From the NCBI GenBank assembly GCA_963718235.1, contig CAVQYR010000002.1:1-64000 (forward strand): 64,000 nucleotides of DNA. The letters are read 5' to 3'. The position numbers and the translations under genes were made by a program. The DNA comes from an uncultured Actinomycetota bacterium. Lineage in GTDB: Bacteria > Actinomycetota > Actinomycetes > JAHEKZ01. Shown here piece by piece: positions 21,572-31,149 of the stretch. Under the pieces are notes generated by a model that did not search any database, was not told the DNA's origin, and saw nothing but the letters and a program-made list of their open reading frames with translations. Position 1 is the stretch's first letter. Each line of letters starts with the position of its first letter.

Positions 21572-21859
21572 ATGAGGCTGGAGTTCACCGGCGAGGTGTG
21601 GTTCTGGAAAGGGCCGGCGCCCTGGCACTTCATCACCGTTCCCGAAGACGAGTCCGTCGAGCTCGAGGCGACGTCGCGGTTGGTCAGCTACGGCTGGGGG
21701 ATGATCCCGGTCACGGCCCGGATCGGGCGGACGGAGTGGACGACGTCGCTGTTCCCCAAGGACGGGCGCTACCTCGTGCCCGTGAAGACCTGGGTCCGGA
21801 AGGCCGAAGGGCTCGAGGTGGGTGACCTGGTGACCGTTCACCTGACCGTCGACGTCTGA
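21572..21859 (+). CDS. DUF1905-domain protein
   Basis: WKGPAPWHF, YGWGMIPV, WTTSLFPKDGRYLVPVK. Confidence 0.88.
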   Translation: MRLEFTGEVWFWKGPAPWHFITVPEDESVELEATSRLVSYGWGMIPVTARIGRTEWTTSLFPKDGRYLVPVKTWVRKAEGLEVGDLVTVHLTVDV

Positions 21860-21890
21860 CTCTTCGAGCTCGGTTCCTCCGGCGGACCGG

Positions 21891-22355
21891 TCAGTCGTCC
21901 TCCTGGAGGCTGCGCGGCGCGGTGGCGGCCTCCCTGGCGTTGTGGCACAGGTACTCCCACGCGCCGGCCACCACCGTGCTGCGACCTTGGGGTGACAGCT
22001 TCGTCAGGCTGGTGCCCTTGGTGGTGGACAGGTAGCGGCCGAAGACGGTGTCGAATGCCGACTCACCCGTCGGGTCGACGGCTGGCGCCGCGGGTTGGTC
22101 AGCCAGCCAGACGCAGGCCCGGTCGCCTTCGGCGAGCACGATGTCGGGGTGGGCCTTGACCCACGCGAGGTCGCGGGCCGGGCCGCCAGGATCCAGACTG
22201 CTGCCCCAGCCGTCGACGTAGGTCACCACGTAGGTCTGAAACGCAGCCACATCCCGAAAATGCAGCACCTGCCTGGCCAGTGAGGGGCCGGCCAGGAACC
22301 CGACCACGGCCAGCCCGGCGAGGGCGGCCACGAGCACGTACCAACGCTTGGCCAT
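21891..22355 (-). CDS. Hypothetical exported/membrane-anchored protein
   Basis: N-terminal hydrophobic segment; two Cys (GDRAC...AWEYLC). Confidence 0.6.
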   Translation of the reverse strand: MAKRWYVLVAALAGLAVVGFLAGPSLARQVLHFRDVAAFQTYVVTYVDGWGSSLDPGGPARDLAWVKAHPDIVLAEGDRACVWLADQPAAPAVDPTGESAFDTVFGRYLSTTKGTSLTKLSPQGRSTVVAGAWEYLCHNAREAATAPRSLQEDD

Positions 22356-22416
22356 CTGCTCAGTGTGCCTGGACGGGCAACGGAGGTGACCGTGAACCCG
22401 GGATCTCGTCGTGCGT

Positions 22417-23556
22417 TCAGCGGGCGATGGCGCAAGCCGTCTCGTACACCGCGGTGATGCCGGTCAGCCACGCCTGCGGCCGGAACCGCTGCTCGTACGT
22501 CGCCCGCGCGGCCGAAGCGAACGCGTCGCGCCCCGCGCGCACCTCCACCAAGGCGTCTCCCCAGGCGGCGTCGGACCCCACCACTGCACCGCACCCGGTC
22601 TCGGCAACCAGGTCGGCGGCGGCATTGCCGGCCAGGGCGACTACGGGAACCCCCGCAGCGAGTGCCTCCAGCACGACCAGCGGGGTGGCACTCTCCGGCC
22701 AGCGGCTCGGCAGCACGAGGCCCTGGTAGTGCGGGAACAGCCGGCGGACGTCGTCGTGGTCCATCGACCCGAGCAGCCGCGACCCGGGCGGAAGTGCTCG
22801 TTGGACGTCGTCGGAGAGCACGCCGTCGCCGACGACGTCGAGGCGTTGCCCTGCCGGCCAGGCATGAAGCAGCTCGAGCACGCCCTTCTCCGGGAAGAGC
22901 CGTCCGACGAACAGCCAACGGTCGTCGGGCACGGTTGCCCCGCTCGGCTCGTCAGCCAGTACGAAGTTCGGCAGCAGCGACAGCTTCTGTGGGGGAGTCC
23001 CGTAGCGGGCGTAGAGGTCGCGGGCCCGCTCGGCCAGCACGATCAGCGCGTCGGCCCGCTGCAGCACCGCGTCGCCGTCCGCACCGTGCCGGTTGCGCCA
23101 CGCCAGCGGGACGGTCTGCGCGACCGAGCCGTGGTAGCAGCCGTAGGTGAGTGCGGCCTTGGGGTTGCCGTCGGGACACAGGGTGCACACGGCGCCGTCA
23201 CGGAACAGGGTTCCGGCGGCGCACAGCGGGCGGAAGTTGTGCAGGGTCGCGACAACGGGTCCACTCCACTCCCCGAGCCAGCGGGTGCCCCAGTTCGGGA
23301 ACAGGTTGTGCACGTGGACGACGTCCGGTCGGAACCCACGCAGCTCCCGCACCGGGCTCGGCCCGCGGCCGGAGGCGACCGAAAGCCCCGACCTCACCGG
23401 GTAGAGCCTCGACTGCTCCTGCTCGTCGGTGTGGCGCGCCACGACCGTGACCTCGTGCCCGGCCTCGCGCAGCAGCGCGGCCTGGGAGTCGACCGCGACG
23501 TTCTCGCCACTCGGCTGCCGCGACGAGTAGTACGAGTGCACCAGGGCGATCCGCAC
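22417..23556 (-). CDS. GT4 glycosyltransferase
   Basis: SGENVAV, PDVVHVHNLFP, FVGRLFPEKG, ESATPLVVLEALAAG. Confidence 0.9.
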   Translation of the reverse strand: MRIALVHSYYSSRQPSGENVAVDSQAALLREAGHEVTVVARHTDEQEQSRLYPVRSGLSVASGRGPSPVRELRGFRPDVVHVHNLFPNWGTRWLGEWSGPVVATLHNFRPLCAAGTLFRDGAVCTLCPDGNPKAALTYGCYHGSVAQTVPLAWRNRHGADGDAVLQRADALIVLAERARDLYARYGTPPQKLSLLPNFVLADEPSGATVPDDRWLFVGRLFPEKGVLELLHAWPAGQRLDVVGDGVLSDDVQRALPPGSRLLGSMDHDDVRRLFPHYQGLVLPSRWPESATPLVVLEALAAGVPVVALAGNAAADLVAETGCGAVVGSDAAWGDALVEVRAGRDAFASAARATYEQRFRPQAWLTGITAVYETACAIAR

Positions 23557-23559
23557 GGC

Positions 23560-24384
23560 CTAGCCTCGGGAGCCGCGCGCGCCGCGGGCGGCGGCGTACA
23601 CGAACCGGGTGTTGCCGAACAGGTACCTCCGCCACAGCCGTCGGGGCTCGCTGCCGAGCCGGTGGGCCCACTCCAGCCCGTTGCGTTGCATCCACTCGGG
23701 GGCCTGCTGCTTGTGCCCGGCCACGAAGTCGAACGCCGCTCCTACCGCGACGAACACGGCCAGGACGTCGGCGGCCAGGTGCGCGCACTCCCAGTCCTGC
23801 TTGGGCGTGCCGAGACCGACCCACACGATCTGGGCGCCGGACTCGGCGATGCGCTGCACCTGCGCGTCTCGCTCGTCGGTGGTCAGCGGGCGAAACGGCG
23901 GCGACTCGGTGCCCACAACCCGTGCGTCGGGGAAACGGATCGAGATCTGCTCGTGCAGCGCGTCCAGGGTGTCGGGTGCACCGCCGAGCAGGTAGTGGGT
24001 GACGCCGTGCGCCTGACCCTGGTCGAGCACGTCGAGGAACAGGTCAGGTCCGTAGACCCGCTCGTCGGGCAGGTCACGCCCGTGGGTGAGCCGGTTGGCC
24101 CACACCACTGACTTGCCGTCGGGATAGTTGCGGGTGGCCCGGCCGAGCATGACGCGCAGCGAGGGGACCTGGTCGGCCAGGGCCAGGGTGTAGGCGTTGC
24201 ACAGGTGCACGTGCGCACCCAGGGCGCGAGTGCCGTCGGCACGGCCGGCCGCGAGCTCGGCCGCGAGGCTGATCACGTCGTCCGCTGCCTGCTGCCGGGT
24301 CATCGGGTCGATCGGCACCCCGGCACAGCTGACCCGGCACCGGTCCTGCGAAGGGCCGTTGCGCTGGGGCAGCACCTGGGTCAT
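23560..24384 (-). CDS. WecB/TagA/CpsF family glycosyltransferase
   Basis: NYPDGKSVVW, RVYGPDL, VWVGLGTPKQD, VGAAFDF, GLEWAHRL. Confidence 0.93.
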   Translation of the reverse strand: MTQVLPQRNGPSQDRCRVSCAGVPIDPMTRQQAADDVISLAAELAAGRADGTRALGAHVHLCNAYTLALADQVPSLRVMLGRATRNYPDGKSVVWANRLTHGRDLPDERVYGPDLFLDVLDQGQAHGVTHYLLGGAPDTLDALHEQISIRFPDARVVGTESPPFRPLTTDERDAQVQRIAESGAQIVWVGLGTPKQDWECAHLAADVLAVFVAVGAAFDFVAGHKQQAPEWMQRNGLEWAHRLGSEPRRLWRRYLFGNTRFVYAAARGARGSRG

Positions 24385-24393
24385 GGCAAGCCG

Positions 24394-25371
24394 TCAGGCA
24401 TTCGTGGTGAGGGACGACGGGTCGACTGCGGTGACCGACGGGTGGGCCCGGAACCAGTCGATCGTGGTCTTGAGCCCGTCCTCGATCGGACGTCGCGGCT
24501 GCCAGCCCAGGGCCGTCTTCGCCAAGGTGATGTCGGGCTGGCGGACGGTGGGGTCGTCGACCGGTCGCTCGGTGAAGACGATCTCCGACGTCGAGCCGGC
24601 CAGGTCGCGGATCCAGTGCGCGAGCTTGAGCATGCTGACCTCGTGCGGGTTGCCCAGGTTGACCGGCCCCTCGAGGTCGCTCTCGAGCATCCGCACGATG
24701 CCGTCGACCAGGTCGTCGACGAAACAGATCGACCGGCTCTGCGATCCGTCACCGTGCACGGTGATCGGCTTGCCGGTCAGTGCCTGTGTGATGAACGCGG
24801 GGATCGCCCGGCCGTCCTTGGGCCGCATCCTGGGACCGAAGGTGTTGAAGATCCTGACGATCCCGGTCGGCATCGAGTGACTGCGCCGGTACGCCATGGT
24901 CAGTGCCTCGGCGAAGCGCTTCGCCTCGTCGTAGACCCCACGCGGGCCCACCGGGTTGACGTTGCCCCAGTAGCTCTCCGGCTGCGGGTGCACCAGGGGG
25001 TCGCCGTAGGCCTCCGACGTCGAGGCGAGGATGAACCGCGCGTACTTCTCCTTGGCCAGGCCAAGGGAGTGCAGCGTTCCGATCGAGCCGACCTTCAGGG
25101 TGTGGATCGGCAGCTCCAGGTAGTCGACCGGTGAGGCGGGGCTGGCGAAGTGCAGCACCGCATCGACCCGTCCGGGCACGTGGATGTACTCGCTCACGTC
25201 GGCGCGCACCAGGTGGAAGTCATGGTGGCCGACCAGGTGGGACACGTTGTCCGGCGTCCCGGTGAGGAAGTTGTCGAGGCAGACGACCTCGTAGCCGTCA
25301 CCGAGCAGCCGCTCGCACAGGTGCGATCCCAGGAACCCGGCGCCGCCGGTCACTACTGCGCGCTTGCGCAT
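24394..25371 (-). CDS. NAD-dependent epimerase/dehydratase, UDP-glucuronate decarboxylase-like
   Basis: [51 protein letters not shown]. Confidence 0.92.
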   Translation of the reverse strand: MRKRAVVTGGAGFLGSHLCERLLGDGYEVVCLDNFLTGTPDNVSHLVGHHDFHLVRADVSEYIHVPGRVDAVLHFASPASPVDYLELPIHTLKVGSIGTLHSLGLAKEKYARFILASTSEAYGDPLVHPQPESYWGNVNPVGPRGVYDEAKRFAEALTMAYRRSHSMPTGIVRIFNTFGPRMRPKDGRAIPAFITQALTGKPITVHGDGSQSRSICFVDDLVDGIVRMLESDLEGPVNLGNPHEVSMLKLAHWIRDLAGSTSEIVFTERPVDDPTVRQPDITLAKTALGWQPRRPIEDGLKTTIDWFRAHPSVTAVDPSSLTTNA

Positions 25372-25471
25372 CGGTCCCTCATCTCAGGTCGGCCGGCGGA
25401 TTCACCCGTTTGGCAGATCCCACCACGGAGGTCGTCGTCTCGGTGACCGCCGGACTTGAGCCTGGCCGGGG

Positions 25472-25499
25472 TCAAGTCCGGGCTCGCAGATGGCGATAA
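25472..25499 (+). promoter_or_regulatory. Putative sigma28/WhiG-type promoter of the priming transferase
   Basis: TCAA-N16-GGCGATAA, compared with consensus TAAA-N16-GCCGATAA. Confidence 0.5.
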
Positions 25500-25528
25500 G
25501 AGGAAGGAGGGGTCGTTAGCCCGAACGG

Positions 25529-26977
25529 GTGAGCGGCCCAGACGCCCCTGAGCAGTGGAGCGAGGAGCCGGTGGACCACCAGCGTGCAGGCCGGACGGCG
25601 GCCGTCGAGACGCCCGCGACCAACCGCGTCGACCGCCCCTGGCGGGACCGGCTGAGCGTGCTGCTGTTCACCGCGGACGCCGCCTCGATCCTGGTCGTGC
25701 TGGGACTGGCCTACCTCGTGCGCTTCGGCTCGATCACCGTGGAGATCCGTGGGATCAACTACGTCGCGCTGTCGGCGGTGCTGTTCGCCTCCTGGCTGGG
25801 CATGCTCGTGGCGTTCCGCAGCTACGAGCCGCGCCTGCTTGGGGTCGGCACCGAGGAGTACCGGCGGGTGCTGGGTGCCACGTTCGGCCTGTTCGGCGTC
25901 ATCGCGATCGTGTCCTACCTGGGCAAGCTGGAGATCGCCCGCGGGTTCGTCGGCATCGTGCTCCCCGTCGGGCTGCTGCTCCTGCTGCTCGACCGGTTCG
26001 CACTGCGCTCGTGGGTGCGCAGGCAACGCCAGCAGGGCCAGCTGTGCCACCGGGTCGTCATCGTCGGCGACGACCGTGCTGCCTCTGGGCTGGCTGCGCA
26101 GCTCGTTCGGGACCGCTCGGCCGGCTTCGTGGTCGTTGGTACCTGCCTGCCGGGTGAGGTGCTGGCCCTCGTCCAGGCGTCTGACGCCGACACGGTGGCG
26201 GTTGCGTCGTCCGTCGAGGTGACCGCCGACGACCTGCGACGGATCGCTTGGTCGTTGGAGGGCTCCGGGGTCGACCTGGTCGTCGCGCCCGCGGTGACCG
26301 AGGTGGCCGGCCCCCGGATCTCGGTGCGCCCGGTGGCCGGGCTGCCGCTGCTGTACGTCGACGAGCCCCGGTTCAACGGCTCCACCCGGGTGCTGAAGCG
26401 GGCGCTCGACCTCACCGGATCCGGTGTGGGACTGCTGCTGCTCTCACCCGTCCTGCTGGCTGCCGCGCTGGCCGTGCGGCTCACCAGCCCCGGCCCGGCG
26501 CTGTTCCGGCAGACCCGGATCGGCAAGGACGGCAGCGAGTTCAGGGTCTGGAAGCTGCGCACGATGTACGTCGACGCCGAGGCACGCCAGGCATCGCTGG
26601 TCGACGCCAACGAGTCCGACGGGCTGCTGTTCAAGCTGGCCGACGACCCGCGCATCACCGGCGTGGGCAAGTTCCTGCGCCGGACTTCGATCGACGAGCT
26701 GCCGCAGCTGATCAACGTGTTCCTCGGCGACATGTCCTTGGTGGGTCCGCGTCCCCTGCCCGTGAAGGACACCGACTTCGAGGGGCACGTGCGACGTCGT
26801 CTGCTCGTGCGCCCGGGCATCACGGGGCTGTGGCAGGTGTCGGGGCGGTCGAACCTCACCTGGGACGACTCGGTGCGCCTGGACCTCTACTACGTCGAGA
26901 ACTGGTCACTGTCGATGGACGTCACGATCCTGGCCAAGACGGTGCAGGCGGTCTGGCGGGCGGACGGCGCGTACTGA
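25529..26977 (+). CDS. Polyprenyl-phosphate glycosylphosphotransferase (priming sugar transferase, WcaJ/CpsE-like)
   Basis: 4+1 TM; KRALD, KLRTM, DPRITGVGKFLRRTSIDELPQL, MSLVGPRP, PGITGLWQVSGRS. Confidence 0.95.
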   Translation: MSGPDAPEQWSEEPVDHQRAGRTAAVETPATNRVDRPWRDRLSVLLFTADAASILVVLGLAYLVRFGSITVEIRGINYVALSAVLFASWLGMLVAFRSYEPRLLGVGTEEYRRVLGATFGLFGVIAIVSYLGKLEIARGFVGIVLPVGLLLLLLDRFALRSWVRRQRQQGQLCHRVVIVGDDRAASGLAAQLVRDRSAGFVVVGTCLPGEVLALVQASDADTVAVASSVEVTADDLRRIAWSLEGSGVDLVVAPAVTEVAGPRISVRPVAGLPLLYVDEPRFNGSTRVLKRALDLTGSGVGLLLLSPVLLAAALAVRLTSPGPALFRQTRIGKDGSEFRVWKLRTMYVDAEARQASLVDANESDGLLFKLADDPRITGVGKFLRRTSIDELPQLINVFLGDMSLVGPRPLPVKDTDFEGHVRRRLLVRPGITGLWQVSGRSNLTWDDSVRLDLYYVENWSLSMDVTILAKTVQAVWRADGAY

Positions 26978-26989
26978 CCGACGTCCGCA

Positions 26990-27041
26990 CGTCTGGTGGT
27001 CGGTTTGCCGCGCTGAGCGCGGTGAAGCCTCCACCACAGAC
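26990..27041. repeat. REP-like element, copy B
   Basis: CGTCTGGTGGTCGGTTTG-CCGCGCTGAGCGCGG-TGAAGCCTCCACCACAGAC. Confidence 0.7.
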
Positions 27042-27112
27042 CAGAGATCGGGGACGATCGGCCCTGCGTCGCCCGCTGGCGGGTACCTACCGTGGGTTCT
27101 GTGAGGGAACGG

Positions 27113-28276
27113 ATGCGCCAGCACCTGGACGTGCTCTGTGTGCAGATCGGTTCGCGCCCCATCGGTTCCCCAGCGAACCTGGCCGCGCAGAACTACATCC
27201 GCGGAGTCATGGCCGAGCTGGGCTATGTGGTGGAGGTGCAGGAGTACCCCTGTCCGGCCTGGCAGGACCATGGGGCCACGCTCACCGTGAGCGGCAACCC
27301 AGTCCCGGTCATGACCAACATGTTCAGTCCTCCGGGTCGGGTGGCCGGGCGGGCCGTGTCACTTCCGACGTTCGAGTCGCTCGTGGACGCCGATCTCGAG
27401 CACCGGATCGCCGTCTTGTACGGCGAGCTCACCCGCTCCCCGCTCGCCCCCGCCTCATGGTTCCTGGCTGGGGAACGTGATCTCGCGATTCCTCGGCTCC
27501 TCGTCGAGCGAGGTGCGCTGGCCGTGGTGACCGTCCCCCCGGCCGTCCGCGAGACCGAACGAGTCATCGAGGACGACGCGTTCCCCCTCCCCTCGGTGAC
27601 CGTACGGAGTGTCGACGCCGGACCTCTGCTCAGGGCTCCGCAGGTCGAGCTCCTTGTCGACACCGAGACGCATCAGGGATCCACTGCGAACGTCGTGGGG
27701 CGCAGGCCCGGGGACACCGGTTCGGCTCGGGTGGTCGTCTGCGCTCACTACGACTCCAAGATCGACACCCCGGGGGCGACCGACAACGGCACCGGGGTCG
27801 CGGTCCTGCTCGACGTGGCCGAGCGGCAGGCGACCGGGACCGCACCGGTGGAGCTGGTGGCTTTCACCGGGGAGGAGTACCTCCCCATCGGTGACGACGA
27901 GTACCTCCGCCGGCGCGATGGCGACCTCTCCAACGTCGTCGCGGCCCTCAACATCGACGGTGCTGGACACGCACTCGACGTGACGACGGTGATGGAGACC
28001 GAGGGCCATGGCCCACTGCGCGACGCGCTTGCCCGCGAGGTAGGCACACATCGCGAAGTCGTCTGGGTCGACCCCTACCCAGAGAGCAACCATTCGACGT
28101 TCTCGATGCGCGGGGTGCCCGCTGCCTGCTTCTCGTCGCCGCAGGCGAGAGAGCTGTCACACCTGCGCTCGGACACCGTCGACCGGGTGGACGTCGGGAG
28201 ACTGCTGGAGATCTCGGAGATCATCGACCACGTCGTCAACGACCTGACCCGTCCAGCCGCTCGGCTCGTGGAGTGA
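27113..28276 (+). CDS. M28 family metallopeptidase with PA-like insert
   Basis: VCAHYDS, GATDNGTG, FTGEE, LNIDG, SNHSTF, HLRSDT. Confidence 0.88.
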   Translation: MRQHLDVLCVQIGSRPIGSPANLAAQNYIRGVMAELGYVVEVQEYPCPAWQDHGATLTVSGNPVPVMTNMFSPPGRVAGRAVSLPTFESLVDADLEHRIAVLYGELTRSPLAPASWFLAGERDLAIPRLLVERGALAVVTVPPAVRETERVIEDDAFPLPSVTVRSVDAGPLLRAPQVELLVDTETHQGSTANVVGRRPGDTGSARVVVCAHYDSKIDTPGATDNGTGVAVLLDVAERQATGTAPVELVAFTGEEYLPIGDDEYLRRRDGDLSNVVAALNIDGAGHALDVTTVMETEGHGPLRDALAREVGTHREVVWVDPYPESNHSTFSMRGVPAACFSSPQARELSHLRSDTVDRVDVGRLLEISEIIDHVVNDLTRPAARLVE

Positions 28277-28277
28277 A

Positions 28278-28295
28278 TGCCGCGCTGAGCGCGGT
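28278..28295. repeat. REP-like core only, copy C
   Basis: TGCCGCGCTGAGCGCGGT, identical to 27006..27023. Confidence 0.65.
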
Positions 28296-29587
28296 CAGCG
28301 CTCCATGAGCTGGTGCACGTGGGCGGCGGCCGCGGCCCCGGAGACCAGGGCGCCCTCGTACCAGCCGGCCTGGCCCTCCTCCCCCTCGGCGATGTCGGAC
28401 GTCGCGAACGCCACCCGCCCGTGCGGGCGGAAGTTCGCGGCCCGCAGGAGCTGCGGATCGCCCGCGGGCGTGTTGACCCACGTGCCCCGCGACGCCGGGT
28501 CGGTGATCCAGTCGTGCCAGATGTGGGCCCGCAGTGTGGCTTCGGGATAGAACGCCTGCAGCGCACGCTCGAGGTCTGTGCGGTCGTCGGGGTCGAAGCC
28601 GTCGACCGGCCAGCCGAACCCGATCACCAGCGTGGCGCCGTCGACGACGCGGTCGCCGTAGAACAGGTGCAGACCGTGGCCGCGCCCGTACGCCAGGCTT
28701 CGTGGGGGGACCCCCTCGGCCAGCAGCAGCAGCTTCAGTGCCGCGCCGGTGCTCTGCCCGAACGCCGCCGCGGTGCGCTGCGGCGGCTCGGGGTCGAAGT
28801 CGATGCTGGGCAGAGTGTTGACCGGGACGGCGACGACGCAGGCCCGGGCCGCGTGCGTCGTGCCTGACCCAGTGGCGACCAGAACACCGTCGCCGCCCTG
28901 GCGCACGCCGGTCACCGTCTGCTCCAGAAGGACCGTCACACCGTCGGTGTCCGCCAGTGCCTCGGCCAGCGCCGACCACCCGGTGGCCGGCCCATGGTTC
29001 AGGTAGCCCGTGTCACCGAGACCACCGTGCTCGGAGATCGACCCGATCAGCCCCTCCACGCAGCCGCGGGAGGGGTCGCCGCCACCGGTGATCGTCCACC
29101 AGCCGTGCAGCAGGTCGGAGATGGCCGGTGCGGCATCGATGGACGCGCAGTACTCGGCGAGGGTCATCGTCCACCGCGGGTCGGGAGTACCGGCCGCGTA
29201 GGCGTCGGCGTCGCTCCTGACCTGCTGCATCTGCCGCTCGCAGCGCGCGAGGTCGTCGTCGGGGAAGGGGCGGTCGAAGCGCAGCTCGCCCGCTGTGCGC
29301 CAGCGCACGGAGGTGACCGGCTCGAAGGTGCGCACGGGCAGGCGGTAGCGGGCCATCTCCGCAGCCACCTGCTGCTGGTCGGAGGTGTACCAGGAGCCGC
29401 CGAGCTCGACCAGGGCGTCGGTGCCGGGGAAGGGGACCGTCCAGCCACGACCACCCACCCGGTCGCGTGCCTCGAGGACGAGCACGCTCGCCCCGGCGTC
29501 AGCCAGGTCGCGGGCTGCCCGCAGCCCGGCGAGTCCGGCGCCGACCACGACCACGTCGACCGGCTGGGTAAGGGTGGCGTCGCTCAT
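28295..29587 (-). CDS. Flavin monoamine oxidase family FAD oxidoreductase
   Basis: VVVVGAGLAGL, LEARDRVGGR, ELGGSW, HDWITDPASRGTW, GWYEGALVSG. Confidence 0.9.
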   Translation of the reverse strand: MSDATLTQPVDVVVVGAGLAGLRAARDLADAGASVLVLEARDRVGGRGWTVPFPGTDALVELGGSWYTSDQQQVAAEMARYRLPVRTFEPVTSVRWRTAGELRFDRPFPDDDLARCERQMQQVRSDADAYAAGTPDPRWTMTLAEYCASIDAAPAISDLLHGWWTITGGGDPSRGCVEGLIGSISEHGGLGDTGYLNHGPATGWSALAEALADTDGVTVLLEQTVTGVRQGGDGVLVATGSGTTHAARACVVAVPVNTLPSIDFDPEPPQRTAAAFGQSTGAALKLLLLAEGVPPRSLAYGRGHGLHLFYGDRVVDGATLVIGFGWPVDGFDPDDRTDLERALQAFYPEATLRAHIWHDWITDPASRGTWVNTPAGDPQLLRAANFRPHGRVAFATSDIAEGEEGQAGWYEGALVSGAAAAAHVHQLMER

Positions 29588-30195
29588 GGGTGGGCTCCTA
29601 GAAGAGAGGCAGCGGCACGTTCGGCGATCGCGATCCCGTGGTCGGCTCTCATGGCCGGGTCGCCGACCTCGACCTGGACGAGCACGCCGTCGATCAAGGC
29701 GACCAGAGCAGCCGCGACGTCGGGGAGCTCGCCGTCGATCGTGAAAACACCCTGGTCGATGCCTCGCGAGACGGTGTCCTCCATCAGGTCCCGCCAGCGC
29801 TGGGCGAGCACGGCGTAGTCGGCCTGCAGCGCGGGGTCGCGGACGGCGGCCCGCCAGAACTCCAGCCAGAGCAGCCAGGCCTCGCGCCGTTCGTCGTCGT
29901 CGGTGCCGATCTGCTCGGTGATCAGCACGCACACCCTCCGCCACGGGTCGGGCTCGGACTCCGCGCGTCGGGTCAGCCGCTCGAGCTCGTCGTGGACCGC
30001 CGTCCGCAGCACCTCGGTGACCAGGTCGTCGCGGGTCCGAAAGCTGTACTGCAGGGAGCTCACGCCGACCCCGGACGCCTGAGCCACGTCGGCGAAGCGC
30101 AGGCGCTCGTAGCCGCGGGCCGCTGCGCCGGGCCGGGCCGCCCGCAGGATCGCCTGCCGGTCGTGCACGGTCGGGCGGCCCCGGGGCGTCGTCAC
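29584..30195 (-). CDS. TetR family regulator (BetI-like C-terminus)
   Basis: HTH RFADVAQASGVGVSSLQYSFRTRDDL; LWLEFW; ALIDG. Confidence 0.88.
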   Translation of the reverse strand: MTTPRGRPTVHDRQAILRAARPGAAARGYERLRFADVAQASGVGVSSLQYSFRTRDDLVTEVLRTAVHDELERLTRRAESEPDPWRRVCVLITEQIGTDDDERREAWLLWLEFWRAAVRDPALQADYAVLAQRWRDLMEDTVSRGIDQGVFTIDGELPDVAAALVALIDGVLVQVEVGDPAMRADHGIAIAERAAASLLGAHP

Positions 30196-30350
30196 AGGTC
30201 CTATTTACTATATCGCCATACGGATAGCAAGAGTGGCAGTCCCGATGACGAAGAAGCGCCACGGGGAGTTCGCGGGAGAGAGGCACGGGGTGCGGCGAGT
30301 GCCCGTTCACCCGGCCGCACGGGACTGCGCACTGTTCGAACCCGCCGGCG

Positions 30351-31109
30351 TTGACTCTTGCCACATCAGCGCTGGGCACCAACGCGGTCGACCGCGCGGT
30401 GTACGTCGACCGGGTGGCGCCGCGCCCCAAGCAGGACCCGGCCGGCCTGCTGCTTCGGTTCCCGCGCGACCTGCGGCTGTCGTGGGGGATCCGCGGACAG
30501 GAGCCGTTGCCGGTTCGGTACGAGGCGCAGGTGGCGCGGTCGGACTGGAACACGGCGGGTGGTCGTTGGCGTCCGTTGGCACTTCGGACCGGGACGACGT
30601 CCAAGAAGGCGTCGCTGGCCAGAGGCGAGAGCCTGTGCCTGCGGGTTCGGGCCACCGACCAGGCGGGCAACCGCTCCGGCTGGACCAAGCGCGGGTGCCG
30701 GGCCCGGCCGTTGGACGAGCGCGACCTGAAGGCCGCCGGCGAGTGGAACAGGATCTCCGAGCCCAAGTTCTACGAGCGCACGGGGATGTGGGCCGGGGCC
30801 AAGGGGTCCAAGCTCATCAAGCCCGGCGTCGTCATGCGCAGCCTCGTGATCACCGGGCGTAAGGGTCCGACCGGAGGCAAGCTGGCGGTGATCGTGAATG
30901 GCCGGCGGCTGGACACGGTGTCCTTCCGCAGTGCCCAGCCCGGGCGGTCGGTGGTCTACACGCGCACCTTCGGGTCGGTCGTCCGAGGGGATCTGAGGCT
31001 CCAGGTGGTGAGCTCGGGGCGACCGGTCACCCTGGACGCCGTGGCGATAGCGCCGTTCGCCATCCACCTCTGGCATCCCCCGAAGAGGCTCGCCCACCGC
31101 TCGTGGTGA
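30351..31109 (+). CDS. Fibronectin-III-like beta-rich extracellular domains, apparently N-terminally truncated
   Basis: LSW...YEAQV...CLRVRATDQAGNRSGW...C..PLDER; no signal peptide found. Confidence 0.5.
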   Translation: MTLATSALGTNAVDRAVYVDRVAPRPKQDPAGLLLRFPRDLRLSWGIRGQEPLPVRYEAQVARSDWNTAGGRWRPLALRTGTTSKKASLARGESLCLRVRATDQAGNRSGWTKRGCRARPLDERDLKAAGEWNRISEPKFYERTGMWAGAKGSKLIKPGVVMRSLVITGRKGPTGGKLAVIVNGRRLDTVSFRSAQPGRSVVYTRTFGSVVRGDLRLQVVSSGRPVTLDAVAIAPFAIHLWHPPKRLAHRSW

Positions 31110-31119
31110 GGCGTACGAC

Positions 31120-31149
31120 GAGCAGCGGCAGCTAGACGTACCGCTGCTC
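31120..31149. terminator. Hairpin between convergent genes
   Basis: GAGCAGCGG-N12-CCGCTGCTC. Confidence 0.4.

Noticed and set aside
28295-30766. 823-aa oxidase with a long N-terminal extension
   Set aside because: The extension overlaps the TetR gene out of frame; the real start is the ATG at 29587 with an AGGAG RBS
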